Shown piece by piece: positions 47,001 to 61,710 of a stretch of DNA of 64,000 nucleotides. The notes under the pieces were generated by a model, which had not been told where the DNA came from, did not search any database, and worked only from the letters and a program-made list of their open reading frames with translations. The DNA is from the human T2T-CHM13v2.0 reference genome, Homo sapiens. Location of the stretch: assembly GCF_009914755.1 (NCBI RefSeq), contig NC_060945.1. One strand, written 5' to 3'. The position numbers and the translations under genes were made by a program. Each line of letters opens with the position of its first letter. Position 1 is the stretch's first letter.

Positions 47001-50000
47001 TTAAAATGTGTTAGGGTGTTTGCTTCACTGACAGAAAAAGAACATTCCTCAACATATCAAGAAATTCCTCAACATATCAAGAGTTTGCTTCTATGTTTTT
47101 CACTGCACTCACTGTCTGCCATGTTATATATGTTCTGCCCTTTCTGCTACATTTAAAAATATGTGCATATTTAGATATTGCTAAGCATGATTAGTATTTA
47201 TGTGGTCACTGGCAGTAAACCAAGATAAAACATTATAAAACAAGTGTCAATAAATTTTCCCTCCTTCTTTGCATTTTATTTTGATGTAAAATTTCTGGTT
47301 ACATAAAAGTTATGGTAATCAGCCATATTTGTTGGATTTAGGTAGATAGCTCATAACAGCTCTCCACAGTCCCACTGCCTCTGAATGGATGACCTCATTC
47401 TCAACATGGAATACCGGAAAAAAGTTATCAAATCCTAAAGTTTGTGTGGAAAACCACTCCAAAAAACTGAGAAAATAGAATTCTTACCTATGTGGACACC
47501 ACTTCAAAATCTCATGTGGATTTTCCAATTTAGTAGGTATACCTGTCAAAAAAACCCATCACTGACTTTGGAAATCAAGGCTGCTGGCCTCGCTCTGGTT
47601 ATGAGACTAGAAAGATGCATGTTTTTGTGTGATATGTATTCGGGAACTAGACTGGTGAAGTCTATATGCCGTGTAGTAGCTACCGGCATCCCTCATCCTC
47701 CTTAAGTACAACAAACCTCCATTTTAGACCCAACCTAATGTACTCAAGGTAGCAGTGGTCAAGCCTTCAGCTGACTCCAACTAGAAAACACTCAGGAATT
47801 ACTGACCTCATGAATTTGCACACCTCCTGCAACTTCCATTTGTGAGACCCAAATACCCTGCAAGCTTGGCTATCATACGGTATCATTGATTTCATTGTTT
47901 TGCCGTTGTAGTGCCCCTGTTTGCCAGCAAATGTCATAGGAACATTCACACTGTAAAAGCTGGGCAATGGAATGATAATGGAATATTATTTCCCTAAGTC
48001 ACAGAATGGCTAAAGTATGAAGTGTTCCACACAAGCAAGTACTAGAGAGCATTTTGTTGGAGGATTACCAGGGTGAGTGTACTGCTATCCAAATACTCAA
48101 GCCTGTTTTTGCTTAAATCTCTAAGGAATATAGTTTTCCTTCCTCAGCCTACAAGAAGGCACAGACAACTTTATTGTATCTATCTATTAAAAGAGGCATA
48201 AATGAAAGCAGGATCAAGCAGTTTAAAAACCACCGCAATGAGAACATAAAAGTGTAGAGGACTCATTCAACCTTAAATCGCAAAACCTTCATACTTTAGA
48301 ACATTGATGATATGGCTGAGCATATCCTCCCTTAGGGGAGAAAAGCCCAGCGAAGCTCATGTCAGGGTAAAAATCATATTTTTTTACTTAGTTCTCATAA
48401 GCATATTTGATTGATAATTTAAATTAATGAGGCAGTGGGAAAACTTCACTTGGCATTGCAAATGGAGCACAGAAACACATGATTCAGTAGGAAAATAGAT
48501 TTAATAGCTGTGAACATAAACCATATTGCTATAAAGATCAAAATAGTGTTTTCTTCTTCTACAGCAAACAAAATAAAACTAACAGTAAAGGCATTCTTTT
48601 GATATACCTAGATTATACCATAAATAGGACAAAACTTTGGCAATAAATACTATTTTTCAAAAAGTCATCCTTGACACTGACCTGGAAAGTAAAAAAGGTA
48701 ATATTACTTATACAGATACTTAATTTGCACACAAGGAGAACTTTAGTCCTGTGACTTTTTAAATTGACAGTGTGTATTATATTAAAATAATATGAAACTT
48801 AGAAAACACATTGAAATTTGTTTAGGCTCATTTGTATTAACCATTTTGTTGAGTGTTTCTGAACTTTTCCCGTTGAGTATGCTAAAGTATTTGAAACATA
48901 GAAGGTTGGTTTGACATGAAAGAAAACTATAATCTATATAACTTAAATAATTAGCATATTTTGTGCAGGGAAAGTTATCTTCAATATTCTTCACATAGGC
49001 AAAATTGACAATAATTAGAAACATCATTTAAAGATCATCTTAGTAACCTGAAATGTGAAAAAGGTTTTCTCAAATTAGGCCAAAATTTAAGCTGCTTTAA
49101 AACTCTTTTCCTTCCATAATATAAAATTACACATCCAATTTAATTAAATAAAAAGAAATAAAAATGAGCTAGATTCTGCTTTGGTAATCTTAAGTCAGCC
49201 AGTTGTGCATAACCCATCTTAGAAATTCTATCAGCACACGTATTTGATCAGGGTCTCCTGAAAAGAAGACTGATGTAACTAAGACAGTGAAAGAGTGAAA
49301 TGCAAAGAAAGGTGAAATATAAGCATCCTGTCTGGTTTTGAAAAGTAAATTAATATTTCTACTAGAACTTAGACATTGTTTCTATTATAAGCACCTGAAA
49401 ATTTTCCAGTAATTGTCCAAATATCAGGTAAATAGAACTCATCCATTAACATAAGGCAGTTTATAGTGTCCCAGGAGATATCGACTAGTAATAAAAGACA
49501 AGTTTATTAACCATACAAAGCTGGAATAGATTATCCTCAACTATACCTTATTTTAATTAGTGTGGATCAACTACTTGTTATATGTTTTTACCTTTAGTAA
49601 TTACTAACCGTAATCTTCTGAATCATAGGACAGTAAACACTAAATTTCTTGCTTTATTTCCACCATTTCCTAACTTGCGGGAAAAATTGTGCTGTGTATC
49701 TCAGTACTAATCCTTTAAAAGGCAAGAGCTTTGATTCGCTAATTGATTCTCTCTCTCTCTCTCTAGCTTGCCTCTCTGTTCTTTACTTTAGGTTTAGTGT
49801 TTGCCTTTTTTTTTTCTTCTCAATAGCCAAATTGTATTTCTCAATTTCTGCCTCAATAATTTTGGCTTCAGTTCAGATATACAGAGGATTTGGTAAGTTT
49901 TTTGCTTTGAGCCATGGTTCTTCCTTTTGCTTTAACACTCAACCACACCTACAAAGAGAACACCATTGTTCCCTGCATTATGATTTAGAAATGGCAAACA

Positions 50001-50002
50001 TT

Positions 50003-50300
50003 GGCTGGCGCAGTGGCTCACGCCAGTAATCCTAGCAATTTGGGAGGCTGAGGCAGGAGGATCACCTGAGGTCAGGAGTTCGAGACCAGCCTGGCCAACA
50101 TGGTGAAACCCCGTCTGTACTAAAAATACTAGCTGGGCGTGGTGGTGCACACCTGTAGTCCCAGCTACTCGGGAGCCTGAGGCAAGAGAATCGCATGAAC
50201 TCGAGAGACAGAGGTTGCAGTGGGCCGAGATGGCACCACTGCACTCCAGCCTGGGTGACAGAGCTAGCCTCCATCTCGAAAGAAAGAAAGAAAGGAAAGA
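50003..50300 (+). mobile_element. AluSx-like
   Basis: Full dimer with (GAAA)n tail; TSD AAA(T/G)GGCAAACATT. Confidence 0.95.
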
Positions 50301-50640
50301 AAGGGCAAACATTACCCTCTTTAAGCCACTTCAGGTAACTTGATTTCATGCAGAGTCACATCCAGATTTTTATCTTCCCTGCAGTCTTTCATGTTCCTTT
50401 AAGTGAAATGTGTCTTTGTTTTGTTCTCTTTCTCATTCCCTCCTTAATTTCTGCTTTCATGTTCAAAATAGATTTTATTATCTGTTATTATCTGTTCCCA
50501 GTAAGACTCAGCTCAAACTCTATCAACTATTAGAAAACTATGCAAATAGATTAAGAAAAGCTTTTATTGTTGCCCTCAAAGGGATGGCAATCTAATCTTT
50601 CCAAATATGGAACAACATACAGGCAACTATCAAAAAGGCA

Positions 50641-51073
50641 TGAGAAAGAAAAGAAACTTTTTATCTGAGGAATGTCAGCCCCTGCCCCACAGGCATCCCA
50701 CCTAAGGTAGGTAATCATCTAGAAGCCACCTGCTGTATAGACTCTAGACTCAGTATCACCATCAGTAGCTATAAATTAACCTAAAACTGCCATACGCTGG
50801 ACACAATAACTCATAGTTCCACAGTACATAGCCAATCACTAATCAATGTTATCTCTGTAAACCAACAAGAATTCCTGAGAAACAGATTTTGTAATTGCCT
50901 CCCTACTGATTCGTCCTTTTTTCTTTAAGAACTCAAGACTCTGTTTTGTTCATGGGAGTACTTCCCAAGATAACTTAAAAGTGCTTCCTGAGCTGCAGTC
51001 CTCAGCCCTAGCCCAAATAAACTCTTTACCTTTACCTATATTTATTTTGTCTCAGTTTCTTACTTTGGGTCAA
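50641..51073 (+). mobile_element. ERV1 solo LTR (LTR54/MER57-group-like)
   Basis: tgagaaagaaaagaaactttttatctgaggaatg...agccaatcactaatcaatg...gctgcagtcctcagccctagcccaaataaactc. Confidence 0.65.
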
Positions 51074-51099
51074 TGGTCACATTAACTTTGTGTATGGCA

Positions 51100-51300
51100 T
51101 GAGCAATGGTGTAGGGAAGCAAATGTGAACCTAGCTCGAGGTGTTGTGTTACTCCCCGAACTCTGTGGCCCTGAGTAACTTAAAGACTTCTATACATTTA
51201 AGCTAATCCATACATAGCACTGAAGGTAGTTTTGAGAATTGATTTACATAAGGCTTCTGAAAGTAATTTATAAACTATAAAAACTACACAAATGCTTATT
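51100..51300 (+). mobile_element. MIR fragment
   Basis: Degenerate ctgtggccctgagtaacttaaagacttct...gtagttttgagaattgat...aaaactacacaaatg. Confidence 0.4.
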
Positions 51301-53514
51301 TTATCATTTGCTTTGTTTCTTTAAATTGTGCGCACAACACAGCAGGGAGCTTCTTCTGTTAGCTCTTTAATAGCCCCTAGCAAATTTACAGGCAGAATTC
51401 AATAAATTTTCAGTCATGGAAGTTAGCAGATGTTAAAGAAAATCATTTGAATCATTCCTCTAGTTACAAAAATACACATTCCAGTGTGTTTAGCTATCTG
51501 TAAAATTACAGTAGCAGTGGTTATGAAATAGCAAAGAATGACTTTATTCATCTGTGTTTAGAATATAAAGGCTGAGAAGGCGTATTAGGGGTAGCAGAGC
51601 AGTATTGAATGTAAATGCGCAGCAAGAGGGAGAAACGATGATGTTGTCATACTCTTCTGGCCTCATTACTCTGAAGGAACTTTCTTTTCCTTAATGCATC
51701 TATGCAACTCCCTGAATGTTAATGAAAGTGGCATGTGCCCAATGAGGAGAAAAGAGATCTAAGATTAAAAACCAACCCCAATGATGCACGTTTCATAAGC
51801 TGATCTTACTGTTCCATGCACTACTTCTTTAAAATTCTGTTTTTTTTTTTTTAAGGCACATTAGCAGTGTCTATTTGATGCCTAGAAAAATTTCAAATGG
51901 AAGAAAAGATTTGTTTGAAAAAGTAAGGGGTGAACAGTTTCCACTGCAAACAAAAACTTCTGGTCTTAGAACTGTTTTTGAAGATACATAATTTTGATAG
52001 TTTTTACAGAAAGGTAGGGGTGTAACTTAACAGTTGTTTGTCCAAGACATTGTCACGTGCACCAAGCATTTTGCTCCTCCATGTCCAATCACTATTTTTT
52101 GTTGATGTTGTTGTTGCATTCTTATGGTTGGAGAGTGGATCAAGTGTATCTGGTTGCAGTTTCAGTTAATTTTAAGATCATTTGTATGTCCTTCCATTGT
52201 CATTTGGAATCTTTTTACCACTTGGAAAATTGCACTCAATATGTCGTTGTCCAATATCAAGGCCAAGAGCCCTACTCCCACATTTTAAAATATTGTAATA
52301 ATCTATCACATTTGGAAAGGTTATAATAGAGAACCATCATTGGATCTCTTCTCAACAATTCTGCATATCTTTAGGACATCTTTTCTTATATGCTACCCAG
52401 AATGTGGCTGGACTTCACTTTAAAGTTGTCTTGAATTAAGCAAAATTAGGAAAGTGAATACCATATATGGGAATCAATTATCAAATATTATGTTATCTAC
52501 TCTATTTGATAAATTACATCACTGTCCCTTCAATTACAATAGATACCTGACAAATAAGCGTCACCATGCTTATACCAAAATGTGAATTTTTTAAAAAAGA
52601 TTAATGCTAGCTTCCATGAATTCATTATTATTTAAAACACTCTTTATTAAAGTATAATCTTATACTATGTACATCGGAATTACCTGGATGCTTTAAAAAT
52701 GTTTCCCGGTCACCAGTTCTGGAATTCTATTAAGTAGACAAAAGGGGTGTGTAGATATTACTGCATTATTTTCCGTGAAGCGTGAAACTCATAAGTAGCC
52801 ATAAAAAGAAATAAACATTCATGGAATATATGACCATCGCTGAGAACCAAAACTTGTTAATTTATTAATTTGTAATTTATGTGTGTATTACAAAGGACAC
52901 CGTGATAGAATATGGTTTGCAAAATATATAGTACATATTAAATTTTTAATAGTTACCTAAGCAATTTCTCCAACTGAAGTATTTTGAGAAAACAAATAGT
53001 TTAGTATCAAGTTTAAAATAATTAGTTCTTCATTTGAAGTAAATTTTGTAATGATAGCTTACTATCGGCTCCTGAATACACTTTAGACAATAATTCTGCT
53101 AATATAATATTAATTATTTTTCTAGCAGGATATGTTCTTCCAACTCCATGTTGTTTTTGTCATCCAGAGTCTTGGAATTCTACTCTTACAGAAAATAGAT
53201 AACCATTTTATTTATCTTCTTGGTGTTGAATCTTCCAATGCTTTCATCACTTAAATCAAACAGTCATAACGTCTTTGATTTTATTGTTTTTAGCAGCTGT
53301 AATTGTATTTTACTCTCAGAAACATGCTCCAAAGCATTGCTTGGTCATTTTAATAAGAAGTTAAAGTGCTACTAATGTAGATGTCTGTGACTTCAAAACA
53401 AATGGCAGAAAATAAAATAACTTTAATTTTTATTACTTCAAGTTGTATTTTTTTTTTTTTGCTTTGTTTTCAGTCCTCACAATAAAAACAAAAAGTGGGA
53501 GGAAGAGATCTTAG

Positions 53515-53815
<301 letters not shown>

Positions 53816-55139
53816 GGAAGATAATTTTTTAAAAAGTTTATTCGGAGTACATGTTCTATGTTTCCTGCAGGCCCTGTGACTCATCCTTTATAGCATCTAG
53901 TCAAGCTGATCAGCTTCTAAGAACAGATGGAAATGAAGCCCTTCCTCACTATAATGCAGCCATTAGATGATTATCCAGTCCATTCAGTTCTAAGTGCAAA
54001 TTCACTATCATTTTATTTCTAATCTATCTACCTTTAACTGATGTGGCGAGCAATTTGACTTTACTTGGCTTACTATTGTGTTTCTGTTAGAAAGTAATGT
54101 GATGCACATACCTAATATGAAACTTTTACAACAGAGAAAGAGATTTTAATTTAAAATAGCTTTCTTACTAGAGCTTGGACCAAGTTCATTTTCAGAAGTT
54201 ATTAACAAGATGATACAGGTATCAACATAAAAGTGCAAGGGTAGTTGGTCATTTGATTTTGCATTCAGATCATATATTTTATTTTCATTGTAAAATATTT
54301 GAACTACTCAGGATCCAGTTTATGAGGGCTCTTTTGTGTGACTGTTACAAGTAGAAACCCATAATAATATAACCAAGGATGTGAAATTGCTTTATGCTAA
54401 TATTTTAACCTGTGGGAGTGTACTTTCTCCTACTCTTTTTTTGAAATGTACAGCCTCATAGAGATGCATAATTTTTACCTACTCATTCTTAGTAGCAGAA
54501 AATGAGATTATCAGTATAGTAAGAAGCTTTTAGTAAATTAAGGAATTAAAAGGATAGTAGTCTCTTTATCAAATACCAGGATTATGACTACTCCTACCTC
54601 CTCTTCCAATTTTTTTTTCCGTTGAGGTTTTATAAGTGATTTGCTTCACAGTACAGATGTTTTTATAGATCAGCACCTGCAAATTTATGCTCATTTGAGT
54701 CTATATTTATGTGACAGCTGTCAGTCTGAAATCAAAGCTTTGTGAATCATACATTGAGATAAGCTCAATTAACTACATCAAGAAAGTTTGATAGCAAAAG
54801 TGGTCCAGAAACATTTCATCATGAAGATTGCAGAAGTCATTGAGTCCCTAGACACAATCCTTGCATCTAAAGTAACAGTTATCAGTTTTAACACAAAAAG
54901 TAATAGATGTAGAAGTTACTTGAAATAAAAGGCTAAAATACAACCTTTGTCCTAAATGCTTTTGTAAACTGATCAAGGACTCAAAGCCCACATGCCACAT
55001 CCATTTGTCACACAGTTATTGAAAAGGAGTCAGTGTTGACTGGTGCACTTGGAGAAGTCTTTTTGCAAGAGTAGAGTGAATAGTGAGTACTGACTGATCA
55101 AGAGGAGGCAAATACATGGAGGAAAAAGAGAAAGATCAT

Positions 55140-55550
55140 TTTAGACTGTAAATTCCCTGAAGGTAGAAAATATATCTCTTCATATTATCTGTCAAGCATC
55201 TACCACACAGGTTGGCTGAATTATTTTGAAGAAAGTTTGGGATAGCGCAGGAAGAAAAATTATGAAGTGTGCAGGAAGTGGCAAAAATTGACCTATGTTG
55301 AGTGGAGGGTATATTCTGGAATGATTAATGTGGATGCAGAGGGAAGATCATGACATTGGCTGTATTATAAAAGCTGAAACAGCAGTAAAGAGTAATTATA
55401 AGAGATGATGGGTGAAGTAGTGATTACTGGGTGTCTTTTCAGTGAAATGATGAGTTTATCTGGTTGTATAGAAAGGCGCACCTTAGATTGTTTTTCTGTT
55501 GACTGAGCTATATTGCAGCTGAGTAGAGGTAGAAGTTAGGTTGTAGAAAA
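55140..55550. mobile_element. LINE-2 fragments in both orientations
   Basis: ttagactgtaaattccctgaaggtag (L2 3' end, plus strand) followed by purine-rich antisense L2-like sequence. Confidence 0.45.
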
Positions 55551-56939
55551 TTTGTGACTATGCAAATAAATTTTGATTGTTTGAGAAAAAATTGGTTCCT
55601 TCTCTGTAGAAAAGATGAGCCCAAAGTTTACATTTTATTGTATTATATGACATTAACCAGTTTTGCATTTACTAGCAACTGCAGTTCAGCATTCCTGATT
55701 TTATATACACAGCACACACACATATACCCATACATATACATTTATATGTATATATTCTGTTCTCTCTTGAACTGCTTTTAACATCTTACTGATTGTCTCA
55801 GCCATTAATTCCCTCACTTTAATCCTTGTTCATTTCATATTTGAACAAGAATCATAATTTTGCCTTTTTGAAAATTTAACATTAGCAGCAGGATAGATTG
55901 TCTGGGGAAGAAGTTTGTAAGTCTAGAGATCAATCAAGACTGTTTTAAGGAATTCTATCCCTCAGTACTCAAAGTAGGAAGTTGAGGTCCTACATTTGGG
56001 TAACCAGCATATTTTGGAAAATAATGGAAAACCTGAGACGTTTTGAAAGCAAAACCAGAACAGAATTTTTTTTGGGTGTATATATAGACAAGTCAGAGGT
56101 AAAGTTGTAGCTCGTAAGCCACTCGAGGGAAAGCAAAGATCTGGGCCACCCTTGATCTTTTTTCTAAGACATGATCTAATATTTTATGAAATGTATCCCC
56201 AGGAGGCTTAGGTGACTTGCTTCATTCTCTCCTCTGGGAGTGTTCCTTGCATCATATTGTGCCAGGGAGTTGCTGCCAGGTCTTAGAAGTTGCTTGGATA
56301 GTTTACAAATGGGGAAGTACATATTGATAAAGCTGGAAAAAACCTTGGGGAAAAAAAAACAAGTGAAAATACCTCAGCAACAACATACTGTTAAAAATTT
56401 CTATTTACCTCTTGTCAACAAATACATCTTTAAATACACAAACATTTTTAAACATTTAAATACAAATACTTTTAAACATATTACTGTGATGGGAAGAATG
56501 TAAGCAACCTGTGTTCAATGAAAATAAAAAGTGATGTAATTTATGACATTCATTCAATGGAGTATTATTTATTCATGAAAAAGTATGCTTGTGAAATTGG
56601 TATTTTAACAGTCATTTATGGTATGATTTATATGGCAGATTACTAAATTGCAAATAAAATTTGACTTCAACTAAGTAAAACAGACAAACAAAAATATGTA
56701 TCTGCTGATTGAGACTCCAATGTTGGCCCCAGAAATTTGTATTTATGAATTTCTTTCAGATAATTCTGTTCAGCAACAAGATTTGGGGATCATTATTCAA
56801 ATTCAACAGATTCTGATTCACAATAATTTATTTAGCAATCTGCTGTCTTCCTGCCTACTGATACATTTATCATTTCAGAAGAGAGAGCAACTTGCATGAT
56901 TTTAATAGGGTAAATTTTTGGGAAATTTTGATTTCTTAG

Positions 56940-57030
56940 AAATTTATTCAGTAAATATGATCGAGCATCTACTATGTGTGAGACATGATCACAGAGGCAC
57001 TGAGGATACATCAACAAACTCCAAACTTGG
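56940..57030 (-). mobile_element. LINE-2 3' end fragment
   Basis: atttattcagtaaatatgatcgagcatctactatgtg...gcactgaggatacatc. Confidence 0.6.
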
Positions 57031-58289
57031 TAAACATAATAAGTAATATTCACCCTTTATTTAAACTGAGTCACTAGAATGTAAATTACTATACGTACAT
57101 TCCAGTGGCTTAAATTCTAATGACTCAATGTAAATACATGAAGAGAGAACTTTACATGTTAATGTCCCTTATCTAAAGGAATAACGTGTATGTATGACAG
57201 AGTAGCTTCTCTACATTCTTGCCCAAGCATAGCAGCTTTAGCAAACGTGTACATAAGGCTGCCTATGTATCCAGCACTATTCTAAGCATTTCATATGCAT
57301 CAGGATAGTTAATCACATTTTATTATAGTAGAGTAAAAGATGACAGGATAGTATATTCTGTCTTTACCAGCCCCTCACCCAACACTCAGCTGCTCACTCA
57401 CTCACGGACAAGAATGCCTGAGGAAGCCCTGGTCATTTCACTCAACATTCCCTCTACTTTGACTGTGCTGGGAAGTCTTTACCTCTTTTCCACTATCAGC
57501 AATCCCCCCTCTTTCTTTCCAATTTTCTTCTTTTCCAGTCAACGACTACATGCCCACTAAAGGAGGGCTCTAAGAAGTGGTCCTCCACCTGCAATATCTC
57601 ATATAAAATCTGCTGTAGGTCTATGATGGAGGAATTCATACAGTGTTTAAAGATAAGAAATACAAAGCTTAGAATGCTGAAAGGTTCATAACTAGCTTCA
57701 AACTCTGTATTATGGTTAATTTCCATGTGTGATTTACAAGTGATACTAATATGCTCTTGATTTGTTTTCTAAAATTAGGATCTTAAGAACCACTGGGTTG
57801 GTGAAAGAAGTATTGGATGAATCTGTGTTTTCCAAATTCAACCAACTTGGACAAACATAGTAGATGCAAGTTATTAGTAAGGTTCTAGTTATCTGCTTGG
57901 ATAAAAGCCTCATGAGTGTTCATTATCTTGTTATGCTTTATAACAGACATATGTTACTCTATTATATATATGTTATCTATAAGATATATATAATGTTATA
58001 TATAATATCAATTAAATTAAAATAGATCAAAAAAAGGAAAACAATAATACAAATATGCCCATTTAAAAATCTGGATAGAATAAACAACACAATTGAATGA
58101 TAACCTTAGCATATTATATTTGAAAATATACAAATTCTAAGCTACAGTTTATCCCTTCCTCATTTCTTAGATCACTGCGGTTGGAACACTAGTTTTTTAG
58201 TAGAACTTATATTTCTATCATCGTAAGTTTTGGTTGCATAAGGTTATTAATAGTTAAACAGGTTTCTTTGCTGCTTGATATATTTATTA

Positions 58290-58640
58290 TTTAAGGTGCA
58301 GGTTTAGCTAAGCTGCAAAACTATAGTGGCTTAAATAAGATATAAATGTATTTCTCTTGCATATTTGGTCCAGTGTTGGGCAGAATATCTAGGGCAGGTA
58401 GGAGGCTCTAGATTTCATCTCTGAGTATAAGTAGCTCCTAAATTGTTACTTCTTCCTGACTTCAGAATGTGAAGTGAAAGTAAGCAGCTTCCTTTCCAAA
58501 GAAGTGATTCGCAGGTGCACATGTCACTTCCTCTCATGCCCCATTAGCCACGTGACCACAACCAGATGCAAGGAAGGCTGGGAATTGTAGTTGCTAGATG
58601 GGGCAGTAGGAGTGAGGAGGGACCCCAGGGATTCTACGAT
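58290..58640 (-). mobile_element. Old MLT1 (J/K/L-like) LTR
   Basis: agtggcttaaataagatataaatgtatttctc...atgtcacttcctctcatgccccattagcc...gcaaggaaggctgggaattgtagt. Confidence 0.65.
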
Positions 58641-59560
58641 TACAATGAGGGAGGAAAAAAAATGGATATTGGGCAGATAATATTGAATCCTGAAAAACAA
58701 ACTCTAAATATGGAAAAAGTGAAGCATCCTTTAAGTCCTTTAATGTAGATGTAGAATCTGCTCTTCAGTGGTCCTAATAAAGCAGGGCTTTGTATTTCAT
58801 CGTCCTTTTCATTCATAAAAGATACTCATTTTTGGTGTGTGTTTGTGTGTGTGCATGTTTGCGCACGCGTGCATGTTCATGTGTGCTATCAATGGCTTTA
58901 ATTTGATTGAAGATAAAATTAATACTAGGAACTGAAATACTTTCGAGATAGGCTGTGCACAGTATGACGTCACCACTTTAGCTGTCTTATCAAATTCAGA
59001 GCATACAATTCATGTAATCCTTGTTTCCCTTCCACATTGACCAAGGTAAGATAATTCCAAACATAGCTTAAAGAAATGTCTTATACTAAGCTTCAGAAAA
59101 TATCAGAAAGTTGCATTATCAGCAATGCTAATGTAGCAAAAAGCAGGTGGGCTCATGCCAATGTTCTCCTGAGAGATGGTTATGGAAGTAGATTGTGGTA
59201 ATTAATGAGTGAGCAGTTGAAGAGTAATAAAAAAGAAAAAGTTTAATTAGGAGTAAATGGTAAGGGAGTTTAAGCATTGGAGGAATAATATTAACATTGT
59301 GGGAAGTAGATTGAATTATGTTTAAGATCCAAAAATATTTGAAGCTATCATCTTATTTCCCTCTTTATGTCACGCCTAAGTAGGAATCTATATGAAGCTA
59401 CTTTTACATCATACAGTTTGTTTATTCCTTTATTATTAGTGAATTGCTTTAGACTAACTCTATCATACTTCCAATTTTGTTATCTACATGATTTCATTGT
59501 CCTTTGATATAAATCTACTTTTCCTAGCTTGTGAGCAAAATTTAGCTAACATAAAATCTT

Positions 59561-59880
<320 letters not shown>

Positions 59881-60599
59881 CAACATAAAATCTTTAAGGC
59901 ATTATTTGTGTTTAAAGTAGGGTGGGGAATTTCTGCATCCGAAATTAGTCAATTGACAGTGTTCTACAGCATGGAGTATCAGAAAGGATATCTGTTTCTC
60001 CAACTTATGACAGCACACATGTATATTTTTGCCTGGAGGAGGGAGGGATATGAAAAAAGATTTGAGAAGAGAATGAAGAATCTGAACTTTTGGGCAGGAC
60101 TCATGTATAAAATGACTGAAACTTTTTGTTTGTTCCTTTGTTGAAGGTTAGTCTTGCACAGAGTAAATTATGGTACCGTTGAATCTCCTGGGCACCCTGA
60201 GTTCAGTAAAACTTATAAAGATTCTTTAAATCATATTATACTTTCTCTTCTTTGTATGATAGCCTTGATAAGTGCAGGGGCTAGGACTACTGCAAGTAGT
60301 GGGAAATTAGGAAGGCTTGTCAGAGACACTGAGGGCGTCTCAAGGATTCTGGATAGGAATGTATCAGCTCTAGGATATAGCTGCGTTTGTTGAGGTTTTT
60401 GGCTTGTCCACAGCTGAAGATATTTGTAAAGATTTCAGTAACTTCAAGACCCAATGTCATCCATTCTATTAAAAAATGGAAGATTATACTTGCTTAGGAC
60501 CTCTTCAATCTCAGCATTATTCTTTGTAAAAAATTCTCCTCCACTTTAAAAAATGACTCTTGACCATGTTGTCTTTACTATTATTTTCTTTTGGAAAAA

Positions 60600-61710
60600 C
60601 ACACAATTTTTTCTTAAGAAAAAAATCATTTCCCTGCTTATTTGTCCTCAAATCCATGGTATATTAAATAAAAATGACTTATTTATTACCTTTCTAATGA
60701 GCCACTTTCATAAACTGTGGTTGATAAAACAACTTTTGGAACTACTTGCATATTTTACTGGTAACATTTCATCTAGAACATTAAAACATTTAAGGTTTTT
60801 AGAGGTATTCAAAGGAGTGATATGTATTCATATTGCATGTGTTCACAATAGTGTAATCTTTCCTTTTCTTTTACATCCTCAGTTTTATTGAACTAGAGGA
60901 AACATCCCCCATTCAGATACAATACTCATTTTTATAAAACATTTAGGCAAAAAAGTCACAACTACCTTACATAAAGCCTGTTTAAACCTCTCAAATTTCA
61001 TAATCCGATCAACATTTACATTCTTATATTCTGGTCACAGGAACTTTTATTCCCTACCCCCAGACCATTTTAGCTTTTCTGGTGAAAGAGAATTTAGGTT
61101 CCTATCAGAGAGTGGATCCAAGGCACTCAGGCCTTTTTGTCAACGTTTGTCATAATTTGCCTTATTGTTGCCCCAGGCAATGTCAGCTTTCTCATTATAA
61201 TCTTTGCCTTTTAGTTTTCCGTAAATTTCCCCAGTCTGGGGCAAATGCAGAAAACTGGTGTGGGCCCTTTAATGTTGGGAGACCAGCAGGGTTTCCCTTT
61301 GGTTCACCCAACCATTAATAGTGTTGTTAAGACCTTTGTTTTAACCCCATAAATTTTCATTGTATTTATTTCATTTCTTAATAACCGTCGAAAGATTTTC
61401 ACCACCCTTCAGGGGCTAGTCCTTTGAGTCCCTTTTACCTTTCCAATTTTTTTTGTTGTTAATTACCTTAATGTTTTATTAAGCATCTGTAAGACCCATG
61501 AAGGATAGCAAATTTGATAAGGCTTCTCAAACAGCTGTATGATTCTGCAGGAGTAATGTCACTTGGGATGCCCGTGGAAAAGGCGCCCTTTTAACCCCAA
61601 CATTTATTATGACCTGGGTAACAGGCATATTCAGTGGGAAAATACCCCAGTCATCATAAAGCCAGTCCCACATGGCTTGTATATGAAGCATATCAGTTGC
61701 TTCTTCTGGG
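60600..61710 (-). mobile_element. ERVL-class internal fragment with a decayed gag-like reading
   Basis: Minus-strand translation of ~61710-61480: PEEATDMLHIQAMWDWLYDD...VKRAP...VTLLL...V*EAL, resembling the ERVL gag C-terminal region; left boundary uncertain. Confidence 0.55.

Noticed and set aside
47044-47082. 20-bp period tandem duplication (similar 21-bp one at ~3420-3460)
   Set aside because: Two copies with no spacers; ordinary slippage, not a CRISPR-like array.
47479-47520. 'NSYLCGHHF' resembling a THAP-domain motif
   Set aside because: Preceded by a stop and lacking the other THAP motifs; likely chance.
49932-50349. Alu-derived ORFs (also at 4369, 17451, 20166, 21223, 53549, 62145)
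   Set aside because: Typical antisense-Alu translation artefacts such as '[11 protein letters not shown]'.
51626-51675. ATGATG...CTGA resembling C/D snoRNA boxes
   Set aside because: Imperfect C box, too short and no terminal stem.
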